Below, piece by piece: positions 9,216 to 20,162 of a stretch of 63,826 bases of DNA. Positions within the stretch are counted from its first letter, which is position 1. Each line of letters begins with the position of its first letter. The stretch comes from a virus (Duplodnaviria; Caudoviricetes), in the IMG/VR virus record IMGVR_UViG_3300042526_000765, positions 1-63,826 of that record. One strand, given 5' to 3'. The position numbers and the translations under genes were made by a program. Under the pieces are notes generated by a model. The model made no database searches. It saw nothing but the letters and a program-made list of their open reading frames with translations, and was not told where the DNA came from.

Positions 9216-9583
9216 AAGCTATATTATGCTTATTATTAATTTCTAATATCGTTATAGCAGAAGAAGTAAAAGTTGTAAAAAAAGGAGAATCTGTTCCTTT
9301 TGATGGAGTTTTATTTACAAAAGAAAAAGAGAAAGAAGTTCGTGCAGATTTAGAAACTTCGGAAAAGAAGATTATAACTTTAAGAAAACTTAATGAACTT
9401 AGCGAAAGTGAAATAACTATATTAAATAAAAGATTAGAATTATACCAAAATAAAGCAAGAGAGTTAGCTGATAGAGAAGTTAAAAGTGAAAACAATACTT
9501 TTTTAAAAAATTCTCTATACTTTTTATCTGGAGCTTTACTTACAGGACTTATTGGTTATGGAGTCGTCCGGACTTACAGATGA
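9212..9583 (+). CDS. Exported coiled-coil protein with C-terminal TM helix
   Basis: Signal peptide, KKGESVPFDGVLF, coiled coil, C-terminal LYFLSGALLTGLIGYGV. Confidence 0.7.
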   Translation: MKAILCLLLISNIVIAEEVKVVKKGESVPFDGVLFTKEKEKEVRADLETSEKKIITLRKLNELSESEITILNKRLELYQNKARELADREVKSENNTFLKNSLYFLSGALLTGLIGYGVVRTYR

Positions 9584-9899
9584 ACAGTTAATAGAATTAG
9601 CGTTACAAGAATCTTCTGAAGATTTAGATGAAAGATTTGATGTCGGATATTATCAAGAAAAGCATATGATAGTCGACGGAAGTTACAAGATTTGTATAGC
9701 GCATCTATATAATCACTACAAGAACTGGTCAATTGATCCAATTAGTTTGGAATTTTTTTCAGATATGATACAATTAAATAAAAAAGATAAGAATTCATTT
9801 TATATAAATAAAGAAACGTGTAATTTAGATTTAAATAAAATCGTAGGAGATTATGTTAAAAAAGAAAGGAAATCTCAAAAAGAAAAGAGATTTAGATAA
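9558..9899 (+). CDS. Hypothetical protein
   Basis: ORF packed in operon; start uncertain (9552 or 9558). Confidence 0.65.
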   Translation: MESSGLTDEQLIELALQESSEDLDERFDVGYYQEKHMIVDGSYKICIAHLYNHYKNWSIDPISLEFFSDMIQLNKKDKNSFYINKETCNLDLNKIVGDYVKKERKSQKEKRFR

Positions 9900-10437
9900 G
9901 TACCCAGCTTTAAATCCAAGATTAAATGCAAAGACTAGATTTGAAGTCCTAGATATGGACTATTTAAAAAAACTAGATGACGCAGAGCTTAAATTTATGA
10001 ATCAATTTATGGCGGAGTATGTCAGTGGAGCATTTAAAAAAACTGATGATGGAACCTACAGTTCTGATAATTTTCATAAAACAGTAGACGAACGTAGAGA
10101 GTGTTATTCGAGAAATAATACAAGAAATAGGTGCGGATTAACTATTTCAAATGCTACTGGTCAAACATATAGATGTGACGATATCAGTGCATTCATGGAT
10201 AGTTTAACGGATGTTGATTCTATGGTGGAGTTTTCTAATGCTTTCAGTAATAAACTACACGACGAGTTTGATGGATCTTACGATGTGGTAGAGCAGGAGC
10301 TTATGACTGAAATGTTAGAGGATTTCAATAAATGCAGAAACCCTAAAACTAGTGCTGATAAAAAACTAGCAGAATCTAATTATGGAAAAATGTTATTATT
10401 AAAATTTAAAAATATTAAACTTATAGAAGAAAGCTAA
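9853..10437 (+). CDS. Hypothetical protein, last gene of the left + strand block
   Basis: AGGAG RBS; 194 aa; overlaps the convergent gene by 39 bp. Confidence 0.8.
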   Translation: MLKKKGNLKKKRDLDKYPALNPRLNAKTRFEVLDMDYLKKLDDAELKFMNQFMAEYVSGAFKKTDDGTYSSDNFHKTVDERRECYSRNNTRNRCGLTISNATGQTYRCDDISAFMDSLTDVDSMVEFSNAFSNKLHDEFDGSYDVVEQELMTEMLEDFNKCRNPKTSADKKLAESNYGKMLLLKFKNIKLIEES

Positions 10438-10728
10438 TATTGTACAAATCGTAGGAATTACATACTTTAAAACTGCATTTACTATAATAACATGTTCATG
10501 AATTGGTTCTATTTTCTTATGAATATCTTTAACAGATACTGCATGTACTTCTACTTTATCTTTTAATTCTAATTCTAAAAGTTCTAATTTTTTCTCAGCT
10601 AGATCAGTTCTCTTCTCGTGTACAATTAGAGATTGAGTATTCTCAGCTAGAGTAATATGAATCTCATTTAATTTATCATTAATCTTATCTATCTTTTCTT
10701 CAATTTTAATTAATTTATCAACACTCAT
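10399..10728 (-). CDS. Coiled-coil protein with C-terminal TM helix (XhlA-like or holin accessory)
   Basis: IEEKIDKINDKLNEI heptads plus one C-terminal TM helix; last gene of the late block. Confidence 0.6.
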   Translation of the reverse strand: MSVDKLIKIEEKIDKINDKLNEIHITLAENTQSLIVHEKRTDLAEKKLELLELELKDKVEVHAVSVKDIHKKIEPIHEHVIIVNAVLKYVIPTICTILAFFYKFNIFKF

Positions 10729-10731
10729 AAA

Positions 10732-12714
10732 TTACTCTTCGCCTTCTTTGAATAGTTCTCTAAATGATTTATATTGCATTAATGTATTTAATATAGCAGC
10801 TCTGCGACTTTCGTCTTTTTGAGCTAGTGCATTTTTTACCATTCCAGAAAACATTTGTAGTGTTTTACTATTAGGATTTGCCATTACTTGTTGATCTAAA
10901 CTAGTTTTAAATTTATTTAGAGTAGCCACTGTTGGTCGAAGTAAAGTTTTAACTGGCTGTCTTGATGCTAAATATGTGGCAATATTAGTTCCTTGTACTC
11001 CATATTTTCCAATTTCTCCTATTGTCGCCCCGATAATACCCCCACTAGTATCGCTAGTTCTCGGACCTGCTCCCATGTTTCCAGTAAAACGTAAGTATTC
11101 ATTTACCTTAATAACTGGATCTATTTTTTCTTTAATTAATTGAGCTAGTTTAGGAGATCCTTCTGCAAGTCTTTCCATTGCTGCTTCAAAATTCGCTTCA
11201 CCAAGTACTCCAGTTTGAGTACCACCTTTAGTGAGAGAAAAAAATAGTTGAGATAATTTTTTTTGATCAGCAAGTATATCTTCTAAATTAACTTCTGATG
11301 GATTAACCCCCATCGCTTCTGCAGAAGATAGAATTTTAGATTGCTTAGTATCTAACATTTTTAAAGTGGGAAGATTCTTTGTCCCTTGTTGAATAACATT
11401 TCCAGAAGCATCTACTAAATCGTCTATGGTATCCGATTTTAATCTATTATAGCTATTTAATATATTATCGTTACTTGTTAATATCTTTTGTATTTCTTGT
11501 TCATCAATAGAACTATTTGTTCTATCTTTTATTTCATTTATTGCAGTTTTTAATGCATCTCTAATTCTTCCGTCGATATCTTTCTTACCCGTTTCTTGTC
11601 TTATAGATGTTACAATATCATATGCTTGTCTTGGGCTAATTTCTTGAGATGATCTAATAGGAATTCCTTGTGCATTTAAAAGTTGCGGAACTCCATTTTT
11701 AGGAGTTTTCATTGTAGCTTTTATTTTAAAATTCAATGTTTGAAGTATGGGGTCGGCATCTACATCTGTAATTTTTGAAAGTTCAGTTTTTAAATTTTCT
11801 AGAATATCATCAACTTTAAATCTACTTGAAGAATTATTTATAATAAAATTTCGCACTTCTCTGGCATCTGATAGTTCATCGTCTAGAGTATTAATTACTT
11901 CTTTTGCAGTCTCAACTACTTGTTTTCTAGCAGTATCTTTTGATCTTTCAGAGATATAAGTTTCTCCTTGTAGACCTTTTTTACCGCCAAATACGAGCTG
12001 TCTAGCAAATTCAGGAAGTTTTTTTTCTTCTATTGCCTTAGTTATTGAAGGTATGACTTTTTTACCAATAGCACCAATTCCTTCAACAGCTCCACCAAGT
12101 ACTCCTCCAGCTACTCCTCCAGCTACGGCTTCATAAGGAGCATCCTTTAGTGACTCTATTCCTTCTTTCTCTGATTTACCTATACCAGTTAATCCACCCA
12201 TTACAGCACCAGTTGTAGCTGCTGTTCGAATGTTTGTCAAAGCCGATGCGCTTGTTGTAGGTACGAGTACATTTTTAGCCATTTGCCCAAGTTTTGCAAG
12301 TCTACCAATTGCTCCAGTTCCAGCAGCAGGAGCTGCTGCTCCTCCAGTTAGTGCAGTTAAACCAACTGCTTGACCAACCCCACCAGCTACCTCACCTAAT
12401 GCAGAAGTAATAGGATACTCTTCTTCTCCTACTTTATACTCAGCACGAGACTCTTGTAATGCTTGCTCATATGGTTTTCCAGTAAGGAAGGATTCTGCTC
12501 TAGCAGTAAGCTCATCAGCCATACCAAAAGTAGCCCCTTGAGCTGCTCCGCGTAGACCAGCTTCTGCCATTGATGTTTCTGGAGTATACTCTTCTACTTG
12601 TTGTTCTTTTGGTTTTGCTAATTGAGTTTTAAGAGAGTTAAATTCTCCGTAAAGAGAGGATTGCTCTTCTTCTAGTTGTCTAAGCTCTAGTTCTTCTTCT
12701 GGTGTTAATGCCAT
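10732..12714 (-). CDS. Putative internal virion (ejection) protein
   Basis: GAAQGATFGMADEL motif and Gly/Ala hydrophobic helices; position after the tail genes. Confidence 0.7.
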   Translation of the reverse strand: MALTPEEELELRQLEEEQSSLYGEFNSLKTQLAKPKEQQVEEYTPETSMAEAGLRGAAQGATFGMADELTARAESFLTGKPYEQALQESRAEYKVGEEEYPITSALGEVAGGVGQAVGLTALTGGAAAPAAGTGAIGRLAKLGQMAKNVLVPTTSASALTNIRTAATTGAVMGGLTGIGKSEKEGIESLKDAPYEAVAGGVAGGVLGGAVEGIGAIGKKVIPSITKAIEEKKLPEFARQLVFGGKKGLQGETYISERSKDTARKQVVETAKEVINTLDDELSDAREVRNFIINNSSSRFKVDDILENLKTELSKITDVDADPILQTLNFKIKATMKTPKNGVPQLLNAQGIPIRSSQEISPRQAYDIVTSIRQETGKKDIDGRIRDALKTAINEIKDRTNSSIDEQEIQKILTSNDNILNSYNRLKSDTIDDLVDASGNVIQQGTKNLPTLKMLDTKQSKILSSAEAMGVNPSEVNLEDILADQKKLSQLFFSLTKGGTQTGVLGEANFEAAMERLAEGSPKLAQLIKEKIDPVIKVNEYLRFTGNMGAGPRTSDTSGGIIGATIGEIGKYGVQGTNIATYLASRQPVKTLLRPTVATLNKFKTSLDQQVMANPNSKTLQMFSGMVKNALAQKDESRRAAILNTLMQYKSFRELFKEGEE

Positions 12715-12715
12715 A

Positions 12716-14257
12716 TTACATCTCTTTTTTCTTTTTTAACTCTTCTATCCTACTCTGATTTTTGTTAAACTTTTCTTCAAACTGTTTAAGCTTATCCTCT
12801 ATTGGGATATCTTCTTTTTTTAATGATTTTAAATATCTACTAGATTCTACTCCAGTAGGTCCTCCATAAATACCTTCTTCCAGAATATCCTTATCAAGTC
12901 CTTTACTAATCCCAGATTGAACAAATTGTGCTTTTTTTCTAGCAAACGTGATCTCTCTTGATTTTTGAATTGCGTTTAATATCTCTCCGAAAGACTCTCT
13001 GGTTTTTGGATCTAGTAATGCACCTTCAAACGCACTTTCACCTTTTTGACGAATTTTACCCCATAAAGATTGAGCAGATTGAGCTAGTTTAATTTCTCCC
13101 TCTTTAACTACACTTCCGGGATCAATTCCTTTAATTAGATTATAGAGTGTTACAAGATCTGCTGAACCTGCGGTAATTTTACCACTTTTAACTCCTTCGT
13201 ACAAATCTTTTGCTACGTCAATTTGCTCTCTTCCTTTTTCATATTCATTAAAATCTTTTTGTAGTCTTCCCATGGAAGTATCTATGTGCCTATATAAATC
13301 AATTCGTTGCTTTTGATCAAGTTTTTCAAGGTTTCTGTCTGCTCTTTCTGCTCTTTTTAAAGAATTTTCTTCTTTTTTAGCTTCGGCTGCAATCTTAGTA
13401 TATAAACCCTGTGTTAAAGCTGGATATAGTTTTTCTAATTGAGAATATGGAATGCCTTCTAAACCTGACATATTCATACCAAAATTATCTTCTAATGATT
13501 TACGCATGAGCTTTGAAATATCACTATTAGGATCTCTTTGAGCTTGTTTATCTTCCAGTTCTTGTTTAAGTAATAAATTTTGAATAGGACGTTTAGCTTT
13601 TTTTTCTAAGTCCTCGTACATGCTTAAATCGGTTTTTTTAATTTCCCCAATCCCAGCTCCCATTATAGCATCTCTTAGTTTAGCAGATTGTTTCGATAGT
13701 CTAACTCTATCTTCTTCTTCTTCTGATTGCTTTATTAATTTCTCAATATCAGATTGCTGTTGTTCAGTTTGTATGGGAGCAATAGGAGTTGCTGCTTTCT
13801 TTGGTTCTTGTTGAATTGGTTTTTGATTTTCTATTTTTGAAATTTCTTTTTGAGGGCGTTCTGCAATTGAAGCAGGTTGTCTAGATTTAATCTCTGTAGA
13901 AGGCATTTCTTTTGAAGCGAATGGAATTTCTATATTAGACCTTGGGGAGAATGGAATTTCTGTATTATACTTTGAGGTTAATTCATTTAGAGAGGGGAAT
14001 ATATTATAAGCATACTCTTTTAATTCTGGGGATATTTGATCTCCGAATAGTGCTCTAGATTTTTGAGAAGATTCCATCCTAGATTCCAGTTGTGCATTTC
14101 TATCCTGCTCTTCTGCTGAATTCTGTTCTTTATTTTCTTGCTCAATAGAAGACACTTCCTTTAAAATTTCATCATTACTAGGTTCGATCCCAAAAGCATT
14201 AGGACTTCTACTTTGTATTCTAGCTTTAGCTTTCTGTATTAATTTAGGATTTACCAT
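12716..14257 (-). CDS. Putative internal virion (ejection) protein
   Basis: Helical; DLVTLYNLIKGIDPGSVVKEGE motif of a type seen in podovirus ejection proteins. Confidence 0.65.
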   Translation of the reverse strand: MVNPKLIQKAKARIQSRSPNAFGIEPSNDEILKEVSSIEQENKEQNSAEEQDRNAQLESRMESSQKSRALFGDQISPELKEYAYNIFPSLNELTSKYNTEIPFSPRSNIEIPFASKEMPSTEIKSRQPASIAERPQKEISKIENQKPIQQEPKKAATPIAPIQTEQQQSDIEKLIKQSEEEEDRVRLSKQSAKLRDAIMGAGIGEIKKTDLSMYEDLEKKAKRPIQNLLLKQELEDKQAQRDPNSDISKLMRKSLEDNFGMNMSGLEGIPYSQLEKLYPALTQGLYTKIAAEAKKEENSLKRAERADRNLEKLDQKQRIDLYRHIDTSMGRLQKDFNEYEKGREQIDVAKDLYEGVKSGKITAGSADLVTLYNLIKGIDPGSVVKEGEIKLAQSAQSLWGKIRQKGESAFEGALLDPKTRESFGEILNAIQKSREITFARKKAQFVQSGISKGLDKDILEEGIYGGPTGVESSRYLKSLKKEDIPIEDKLKQFEEKFNKNQSRIEELKKKKEM

Positions 14258-14281
14258 ATATACTCTCTATTATATCACTAT

Positions 14282-16435
14282 TTAAAAAATCTTTTTTTGT
14301 TTCGCTTTATTTAATAAATCTTGCCCCTTTTGAATAACATTCTGTCCTTTTTGGATAGCTTGTGTTACAGGAGCTGCAGTTTTTTGTAATTGTTTTTGTT
14401 GTTGGACAGGCATTTCACTAAAAAGTTTTTGACCTTGTTGTTGAGCAGGTTGTTGTTTTGCGGGAGTATACATTTGATTTGTATTCCTTTGGTTCATACT
14501 ATCTAAAGCTGATTGAGATTGTTGTACTGGTTGAGATTGTGGTGTAGTAGTTTGCCCCATGCTTAGTTTCTTAGCACCTCCTGCTTTAACTTGCAGAGGT
14601 GGTGTTTGTTGAGTAGGTGGTTGTTGTGGGCTTTGAGCTTGTGGCTGTGCAGTTTCAATAGGTTTTGGTTGACTTGGCTGTAATAAATCTAGACCAGTTT
14701 TAGCCATATCCGCACCTGTAATATATAGGTTTTGTAATGCTCTTCCTCTTCCTAATTCTATATCACCAAGTTGTCCTCGTACTCCACCAACTTGTCGAGT
14801 TTTATCTAATCCAAAAGTTCCTTGTTGTCTAGCTAATTCTGCTTCTTCTGCAGTTTGTTGTGTTGATAGTTTACCAGCTCTTTCTATATCTTGTTCTAAT
14901 CTTTGAGATGCTCTTGCTTCTCTTTCTAAATTAGTTTGAGATTGTATGTTAGCTCCAGATTGAGCACCAGATAAAGCTGCGGCTAAAGAAGATCCTGCTC
15001 CTGTAGCTCCCGCTCCCATTCTAGCTTGTCTTTCAATTCCAGACGCTCTTTCTGCAGCAGCGGCTCTAGCAGCTCTAACATCACCTTGTTGTTGTAATTG
15101 TCTTTCTTCTGCAGTTAATCCGCCACCAGCAATTCTTTGTTGGAGAAATTCTCTTTGTTGTTTGTATCTTTCTGGGTCATATGAGATACCTTCGAAAGTT
15201 TTACCTTGAGCTTGCAGATCTCTTAGTTGTTGTTTTGATAAATCTTCAACTTTTCCAAGAGCTTCTTGTCCAGCTTGGTATCCACCATAAGCAGCCGCTG
15301 CATCTGCAGCTAAACCTAAGGCTCCTTTATTTTCTGCAGCAAAATCCTTTGCAGAACCCAAAGCTCCGCCAATAGCTCCGCCCGCAGCTTTAGCTCCGCC
15401 TTTTACTTGTTCAAAAGCTTTACCGCCCTCTCTTTTTATATTTCCAAGGACTCTATCTATAGTCCATTTTTCTTCACCTAATTGCTGACCGGGAACATAA
15501 GCTTCTGCGTCTTTTTTTAATTGAGCCAACTCTTTTGCTTTGTCTCCAATTACCGCACCTTTTAATCCGGTTATATTTTCAGCATCTTTTTTTATTTTTG
15601 CAAAATCAATCATTTTATCTAATCCAGCTTCTTTAGCGTATGCTCCTGCTTGATCAGATGCGATACCTCTACCAGTTTTTATAGCTTGTTGCATTGCTAT
15701 TTCTTCTGGAGATTTTCCAGAGACTACACCTTTAGCAATATCCATTTGAGTTCCTGACAATCCAGCTTTAGAACCTGCTAAACCAAGCGCAGCTCCTGTA
15801 GCGTCTCCTCCTATAAGAGAAGAAGCAGCTCCTAACATTTTAGGGTCGATGCCTCCAAAAGAACCTAGTCCTGACAATGCAGCACCTTTTACATCTCCAC
15901 TAAGAGCGGATAGCCCCATTTTTGCTAATTTAGGATCTACTCCAGCATAAGAACTAGCAGCTCCTAATGCTGCTTCCTGTAGTCCTTTACCGCTTAATAA
16001 ACCTTTTAAACCAGATCCTGCCAAACTCTCTACTCCTTGTTTAGCAACTCCATAAGTACCGCCTGTAGCTACATTTGCCCCAATGTCCATAGCAGCACTG
16101 CCATATTTATCAACACCTTTAGAGGATTCTGTATCTACATTACCAACTGCCTTACTAACATCTTTTAACCCAGCAGCTCCAGCTAATCCGCTTGCAGCTC
16201 CGGTAGCTGATCCAATACTAGCTAGTGCACCAGCTTTACCAATATCTTTAGCACCTTCTACAACTCCTAATGCACCTTTACCAATACCTTTAACGTCACC
16301 TTTTGCAACGGAACTAACAGTTTTCTCAACACCTTTTCCAATATTTTTAACTGCACTAGAGGCAGATTGTAAAGCTTTACCTATCGATTTAGGTGCTTTA
16401 ATTTTAATTTTAGGTGCTTTAATTTTAATTTTCAT
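14282..16435 (-). CDS. Putative internal virion (ejection/pilot) protein
   Basis: Basic N-terminus, long Gly/Ala region, Gln-rich C-terminus. Confidence 0.65.
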   Translation of the reverse strand: MKIKIKAPKIKIKAPKSIGKALQSASSAVKNIGKGVEKTVSSVAKGDVKGIGKGALGVVEGAKDIGKAGALASIGSATGAASGLAGAAGLKDVSKAVGNVDTESSKGVDKYGSAAMDIGANVATGGTYGVAKQGVESLAGSGLKGLLSGKGLQEAALGAASSYAGVDPKLAKMGLSALSGDVKGAALSGLGSFGGIDPKMLGAASSLIGGDATGAALGLAGSKAGLSGTQMDIAKGVVSGKSPEEIAMQQAIKTGRGIASDQAGAYAKEAGLDKMIDFAKIKKDAENITGLKGAVIGDKAKELAQLKKDAEAYVPGQQLGEEKWTIDRVLGNIKREGGKAFEQVKGGAKAAGGAIGGALGSAKDFAAENKGALGLAADAAAAYGGYQAGQEALGKVEDLSKQQLRDLQAQGKTFEGISYDPERYKQQREFLQQRIAGGGLTAEERQLQQQGDVRAARAAAAERASGIERQARMGAGATGAGSSLAAALSGAQSGANIQSQTNLEREARASQRLEQDIERAGKLSTQQTAEEAELARQQGTFGLDKTRQVGGVRGQLGDIELGRGRALQNLYITGADMAKTGLDLLQPSQPKPIETAQPQAQSPQQPPTQQTPPLQVKAGGAKKLSMGQTTTPQSQPVQQSQSALDSMNQRNTNQMYTPAKQQPAQQQGQKLFSEMPVQQQKQLQKTAAPVTQAIQKGQNVIQKGQDLLNKAKQKKIF
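16391..16432 (-). repeat. 21-bp tandem duplication encoding KIKIKAP x2
   Basis: AGGTGCTTTAATTTTAATTTT at 16391-16411 and 16412-16432. Confidence 0.9.
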
Positions 16436-16450
16436 AGAATCCTCTATTAA

Positions 16451-16460
16451 ATATTTGTTA
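16451..16460 (-). promoter_or_regulatory. Putative late promoter TAACAAATAT
   Basis: Motif copy just upstream of the RBS of 14282..16435. Confidence 0.6.
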
Positions 16461-16463
16461 TTA

Positions 16464-16868
16464 TTAACTAATACCTAATAATACTAACCTATATGACACA
16501 TTTGCTGTAAGTCCTGTAATTTTAACTAGCTTGACTTGAGATCCAGATGTTTCAGTTATTATAAAAGGAGCCGAAGATGGTAAAACGCTTGTAGTTGTGG
16601 TAGATAATACATTAATGCATAAAAATCCTTTAAAATTTTTAAGATTTGTACTTATTATATTACTAGAAATAGGAACTCCAGAAGAATCTACAGTGATATC
16701 TAAAGTTTTAAATTCAAAAGGTAAGTTATCTTCTACTGTAAAATTCTTATTAAATCCAATAACTAGTTTATCAATAAAAGGATTTAATATTCCCCCCAGA
16801 GTATCTATAAACTCTTTTTGCTCTTTTGGGAAATCATTTGTTTTTAGTCTTACCGATTGTAGTTTCAT
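16464..16868 (-). CDS. Putative tail-associated protein
   Basis: Directly after the nozzle gene; beta-rich C-terminal half. Confidence 0.6.
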   Translation of the reverse strand: MKLQSVRLKTNDFPKEQKEFIDTLGGILNPFIDKLVIGFNKNFTVEDNLPFEFKTLDITVDSSGVPISSNIISTNLKNFKGFLCINVLSTTTTSVLPSSAPFIITETSGSQVKLVKITGLTANVSYRLVLLGIS

Positions 16869-16869
16869 T

Positions 16870-19800
16870 CTATTTGTAATCTCTATCTGATATTGTATAC
16901 GATCTTACGGATAAAGACAAGCCATATAATTCATATTTTTCAAATGCTATATTATGTATAAATTTACATCCTAAGAATCTACACCTTTGTTTCTTAAGGG
17001 GGATATAAGTACGAATTTGAGACTGATCTCCTTCTCCTCCCCAAATATTATCATCACCCCAGAGAGTATCTCCGAAAGTTCCAGAAACTTTAGATGTTAA
17101 TGATATCTCTTCATAGTTATCACTAATGTCACTATTATATGATGCTTGTGCTGTTGTAAAAGATCTTCTTTCAAACATAAAAACTCCGGAAGAGAATTGC
17201 TTAAAAGAAGCAGGATTTCCGGCATGTTGAGGAGCGTATTCAATTTCAGTAGTGATTGCTTTACATAACTTCAAACTACCTTCAATAAATGGCGGTTGAG
17301 TTTTTAAAGTAACTGATCCATATGAATTATTTTTTTCAGTAACTATGGTTTCATACATGATTGTTCCATTAGAACTTACGTAATTCGAAAAATAAGTCGT
17401 AGGAGAAACATTTAATGCTTGTATAACTAAATTGAATTCAGTTTGCATTGTTTCAAAATCTGAAGAATCCGTCCACAAAGCATCATAGTTTGTCGTAGTA
17501 TCTACTAAATTTAATTTAGCTACTAAAGCTGTCATTTTAGAGGTTAAGTTAGATCCTACAGAAGCACTATAGTTAAGATAAAATTCATCAAAAGATAATC
17601 CATTATCCATGTCTAGTTTTTTAAGTAAACTGTTGAATTGATAAATAGTTAAATATTGTTCTTGAGTAACAACATCCCCAACTGCAAAATCATAGATAAT
17701 ACTTGGTGTAAAAGTAAAATCAGATATATCCCCATAGTTCAAAGTAAATACAAATTCTCTATCTGCATAATCGTATCTGTCAAAATTTTTACGTTCAACA
17801 TCGATGGAATATTCAGTTATCCCATTTTTATTAACGTATTCTCCGCCAAAGTATAATTTATCTAGATGATCATTTAAAACAGCACAAGATTTTGGAATAT
17901 ACCATTCTGTCCATGCTGCTGTTTCTACGTTATATCTATAGCATACAGAAGCTTTTGTATCTGTTTTACTTGATACTGTCCAAAACAAAAATGACCTATC
18001 TGATTCATAGGCAACTGAAAATGATAATGTACTTAAGTTTGAATTTGTAGTTATAAGGGGTATAATTTTATCATGTATAGGTCTGGATACTGTTTCCAAT
18101 GACGATTCATTTAGCCTAACAACTCCCTGATTACTAAAAAAGAAACATTGATTTGCTACAGTAATTGCAGTATCTGGAGCTTTTATTAAACAAGTATTAT
18201 CGAATGTCCCAACATCCCAAATAGGATTAGTTCCCGGATCTCCTGCTAATCTAAACACTCCATCTTTTTTTAAAATAAAAAGAGATTCTCTTAAGGCTAT
18301 GATTCTGGATATTTCAAAATCTCCGCTACCTATATCGATATAATTTAATATAGGTACAGCTTCTACTTCTTGATATTTTGAGTAATACAATCTATTTTTA
18401 ATAGCTTCATTTTTACTAACTAAAACTGTTGTTTCGTTCGTAGGATATCCTATTTTTGGAACAAAATCATCCGATATATCCAACGTATTTGTAGAAATAG
18501 AAAATGAAACATCTTCTACGTCTTTTTTTTGCAATAGAATTTTTCCCGGAGCATCTCCAACTCCTGAGATATAATAAGCCATTACTTTCTCTAATACATT
18601 TGCATTTATATTTCTAACTAAAGATTTTGCAGTTTCTTCTACCGCAATATCAGAACTAGAATTTCTAGATAAAAGTACTCTTTGAGTAATTAAATCATCT
18701 CCTAATCCTTGCTGAGTAGTAGTTACTGTTATTGCAGTTCCATTAAATGTCGGCTGTTCACAAATACCTTCGTACTGTGCCGTAAATGTTATTTGATTTG
18801 TAGCTAGTACTCTAGAAAAATCTTGAGCTATTGTTGTAGATACTGTAGATAAGGCATTGTTTACAGCTAAGGCTACGTTTGCATTTGTGGTTGCTGCTGT
18901 TATGGAAATAGGGGATAAAAAAATTCTACCATCATTTGGTAATAAGCTAGGAGATCCAATTAAATCTGAGCGATATATAGGAAGACAATATCTTCTTGTA
19001 TTTAAAGGGGAGTATATATTTAAAATTGTTTCATATCCAAAACTAGATCCCGCTGAAAAAGTTAGTCTGAATATTTCTTTTTGTGATTCAAAAGTGTAAG
19101 TAGTGAAGCTTCCTGTTTGAGATGTTATAGTTAATGTTGTTGTTCCTGATACAAAATCTGATACTGATTTTAATTGCAGTTCTAATGCATGTTTAGTTCT
19201 AGTATTAGCATAGAACATATGTCCTTTGAATAGAGCTAAGTCAAAACATGATGGAGGTTGTTCATTGGATTGTAGAATGCCTTCTCCACTATTTTCATTA
19301 GTATATAAATAAACTCCACCTATTCTAAAACTTTCAGTCAAAGTATCTGTATATTCTACATACTTATTTATTAAATCTAAAGAAGTCACTGAGTATTCTG
19401 CGACTAATCTTAGTTCGTCAGAAGGAGATGAGGTATTTGATATTTCAGATCTATAAATTCTATATTTATAATCTGCGGAGGTTATCCCTTCTGGAATATT
19501 AAATTTTAATTTAACTCCAGCCTTAATTAAAGAAGCGACATTAGAGCTAGTATTAGCTGCAATAATTCTGTCAGATGGAGATCCCAATAGTAAATTTTGA
19601 TTTGCGTCAGTGTAAGTCCATACAATTCTATATGCACAGTATGTAGTAGTTATTGGAAGAGTAGTTACTGTTTCTGGTAGAAATCCAGTTCCAGTATATG
19701 AAATTGTAGCGGTTGCTGATAAAGCTTTAGGAATTCCACAGTCTGTAATGTAATTTGAAGCGGTTGAAAAATTTGAAGCTGAAGTTGCTGATATTTTTTT

Positions 19801-20160
19801 TACTCCATCATTCGTAGTGAAATATAGATTTTTTTTAGCTTCTACTGATTTAATTCTATATCCAGAAGATGGTTCTGAGTAAGTTCCAGAAAATTGTGAA
19901 AAACTTACAGGATCACTGCCTGTATCGTAGGCTAAAGTGTCTCCTATGTGTCTTATAATACTACCTTTGTATTCTATTAATTGTTTTACTATAGCACTAG
20001 TAGAAGAATACGTTTTTATTCCTCTTCTAGGTTCAATAATACCATCTCTATTGATAACTGTATTATTAGCTTTTAATAAAGCACCCGGAGAAATCTCCAT
20101 TAACGATTGGTAATAAGTTTGAAGACCTGCAGCCTTGAGATTTATTACTTGCGAAGCCAC
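16870..20160 (-). CDS. Tail tubular (nozzle) protein, T7 gp12/P22 gp10-like, with insertions
   Basis: PGALLKANN...DGIIEPRRG N-terminus, LALFKGHMFYAN, RLYYS, LRESLFILKKDGVFRL propeller motifs; follows the adaptor. Confidence 0.75.
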   Translation of the reverse strand: MASQVINLKAAGLQTYYQSLMEISPGALLKANNTVINRDGIIEPRRGIKTYSSTSAIVKQLIEYKGSIIRHIGDTLAYDTGSDPVSFSQFSGTYSEPSSGYRIKSVEAKKNLYFTTNDGVKKISATSASNFSTASNYITDCGIPKALSATATISYTGTGFLPETVTTLPITTTYCAYRIVWTYTDANQNLLLGSPSDRIIAANTSSNVASLIKAGVKLKFNIPEGITSADYKYRIYRSEISNTSSPSDELRLVAEYSVTSLDLINKYVEYTDTLTESFRIGGVYLYTNENSGEGILQSNEQPPSCFDLALFKGHMFYANTRTKHALELQLKSVSDFVSGTTTLTITSQTGSFTTYTFESQKEIFRLTFSAGSSFGYETILNIYSPLNTRRYCLPIYRSDLIGSPSLLPNDGRIFLSPISITAATTNANVALAVNNALSTVSTTIAQDFSRVLATNQITFTAQYEGICEQPTFNGTAITVTTTQQGLGDDLITQRVLLSRNSSSDIAVEETAKSLVRNINANVLEKVMAYYISGVGDAPGKILLQKKDVEDVSFSISTNTLDISDDFVPKIGYPTNETTVLVSKNEAIKNRLYYSKYQEVEAVPILNYIDIGSGDFEISRIIALRESLFILKKDGVFRLAGDPGTNPIWDVGTFDNTCLIKAPDTAITVANQCFFFSNQGVVRLNESSLETVSRPIHDKIIPLITTNSNLSTLSFSVAYESDRSFLFWTVSSKTDTKASVCYRYNVETAAWTEWYIPKSCAVLNDHLDKLYFGGEYVNKNGITEYSIDVERKNFDRYDYADREFVFTLNYGDISDFTFTPSIIYDFAVGDVVTQEQYLTIYQFNSLLKKLDMDNGLSFDEFYLNYSASVGSNLTSKMTALVAKLNLVDTTTNYDALWTDSSDFETMQTEFNLVIQALNVSPTTYFSNYVSSNGTIMYETIVTEKNNSYGSVTLKTQPPFIEGSLKLCKAITTEIEYAPQHAGNPASFKQFSSGVFMFERRSFTTAQASYNSDISDNYEEISLTSKVSGTFGDTLWGDDNIWGGEGDQSQIRTYIPLKKQRCRFLGCKFIHNIAFEKYELYGLSLSVRSYTISDRDYK

Positions 20161-20162
20161 AA

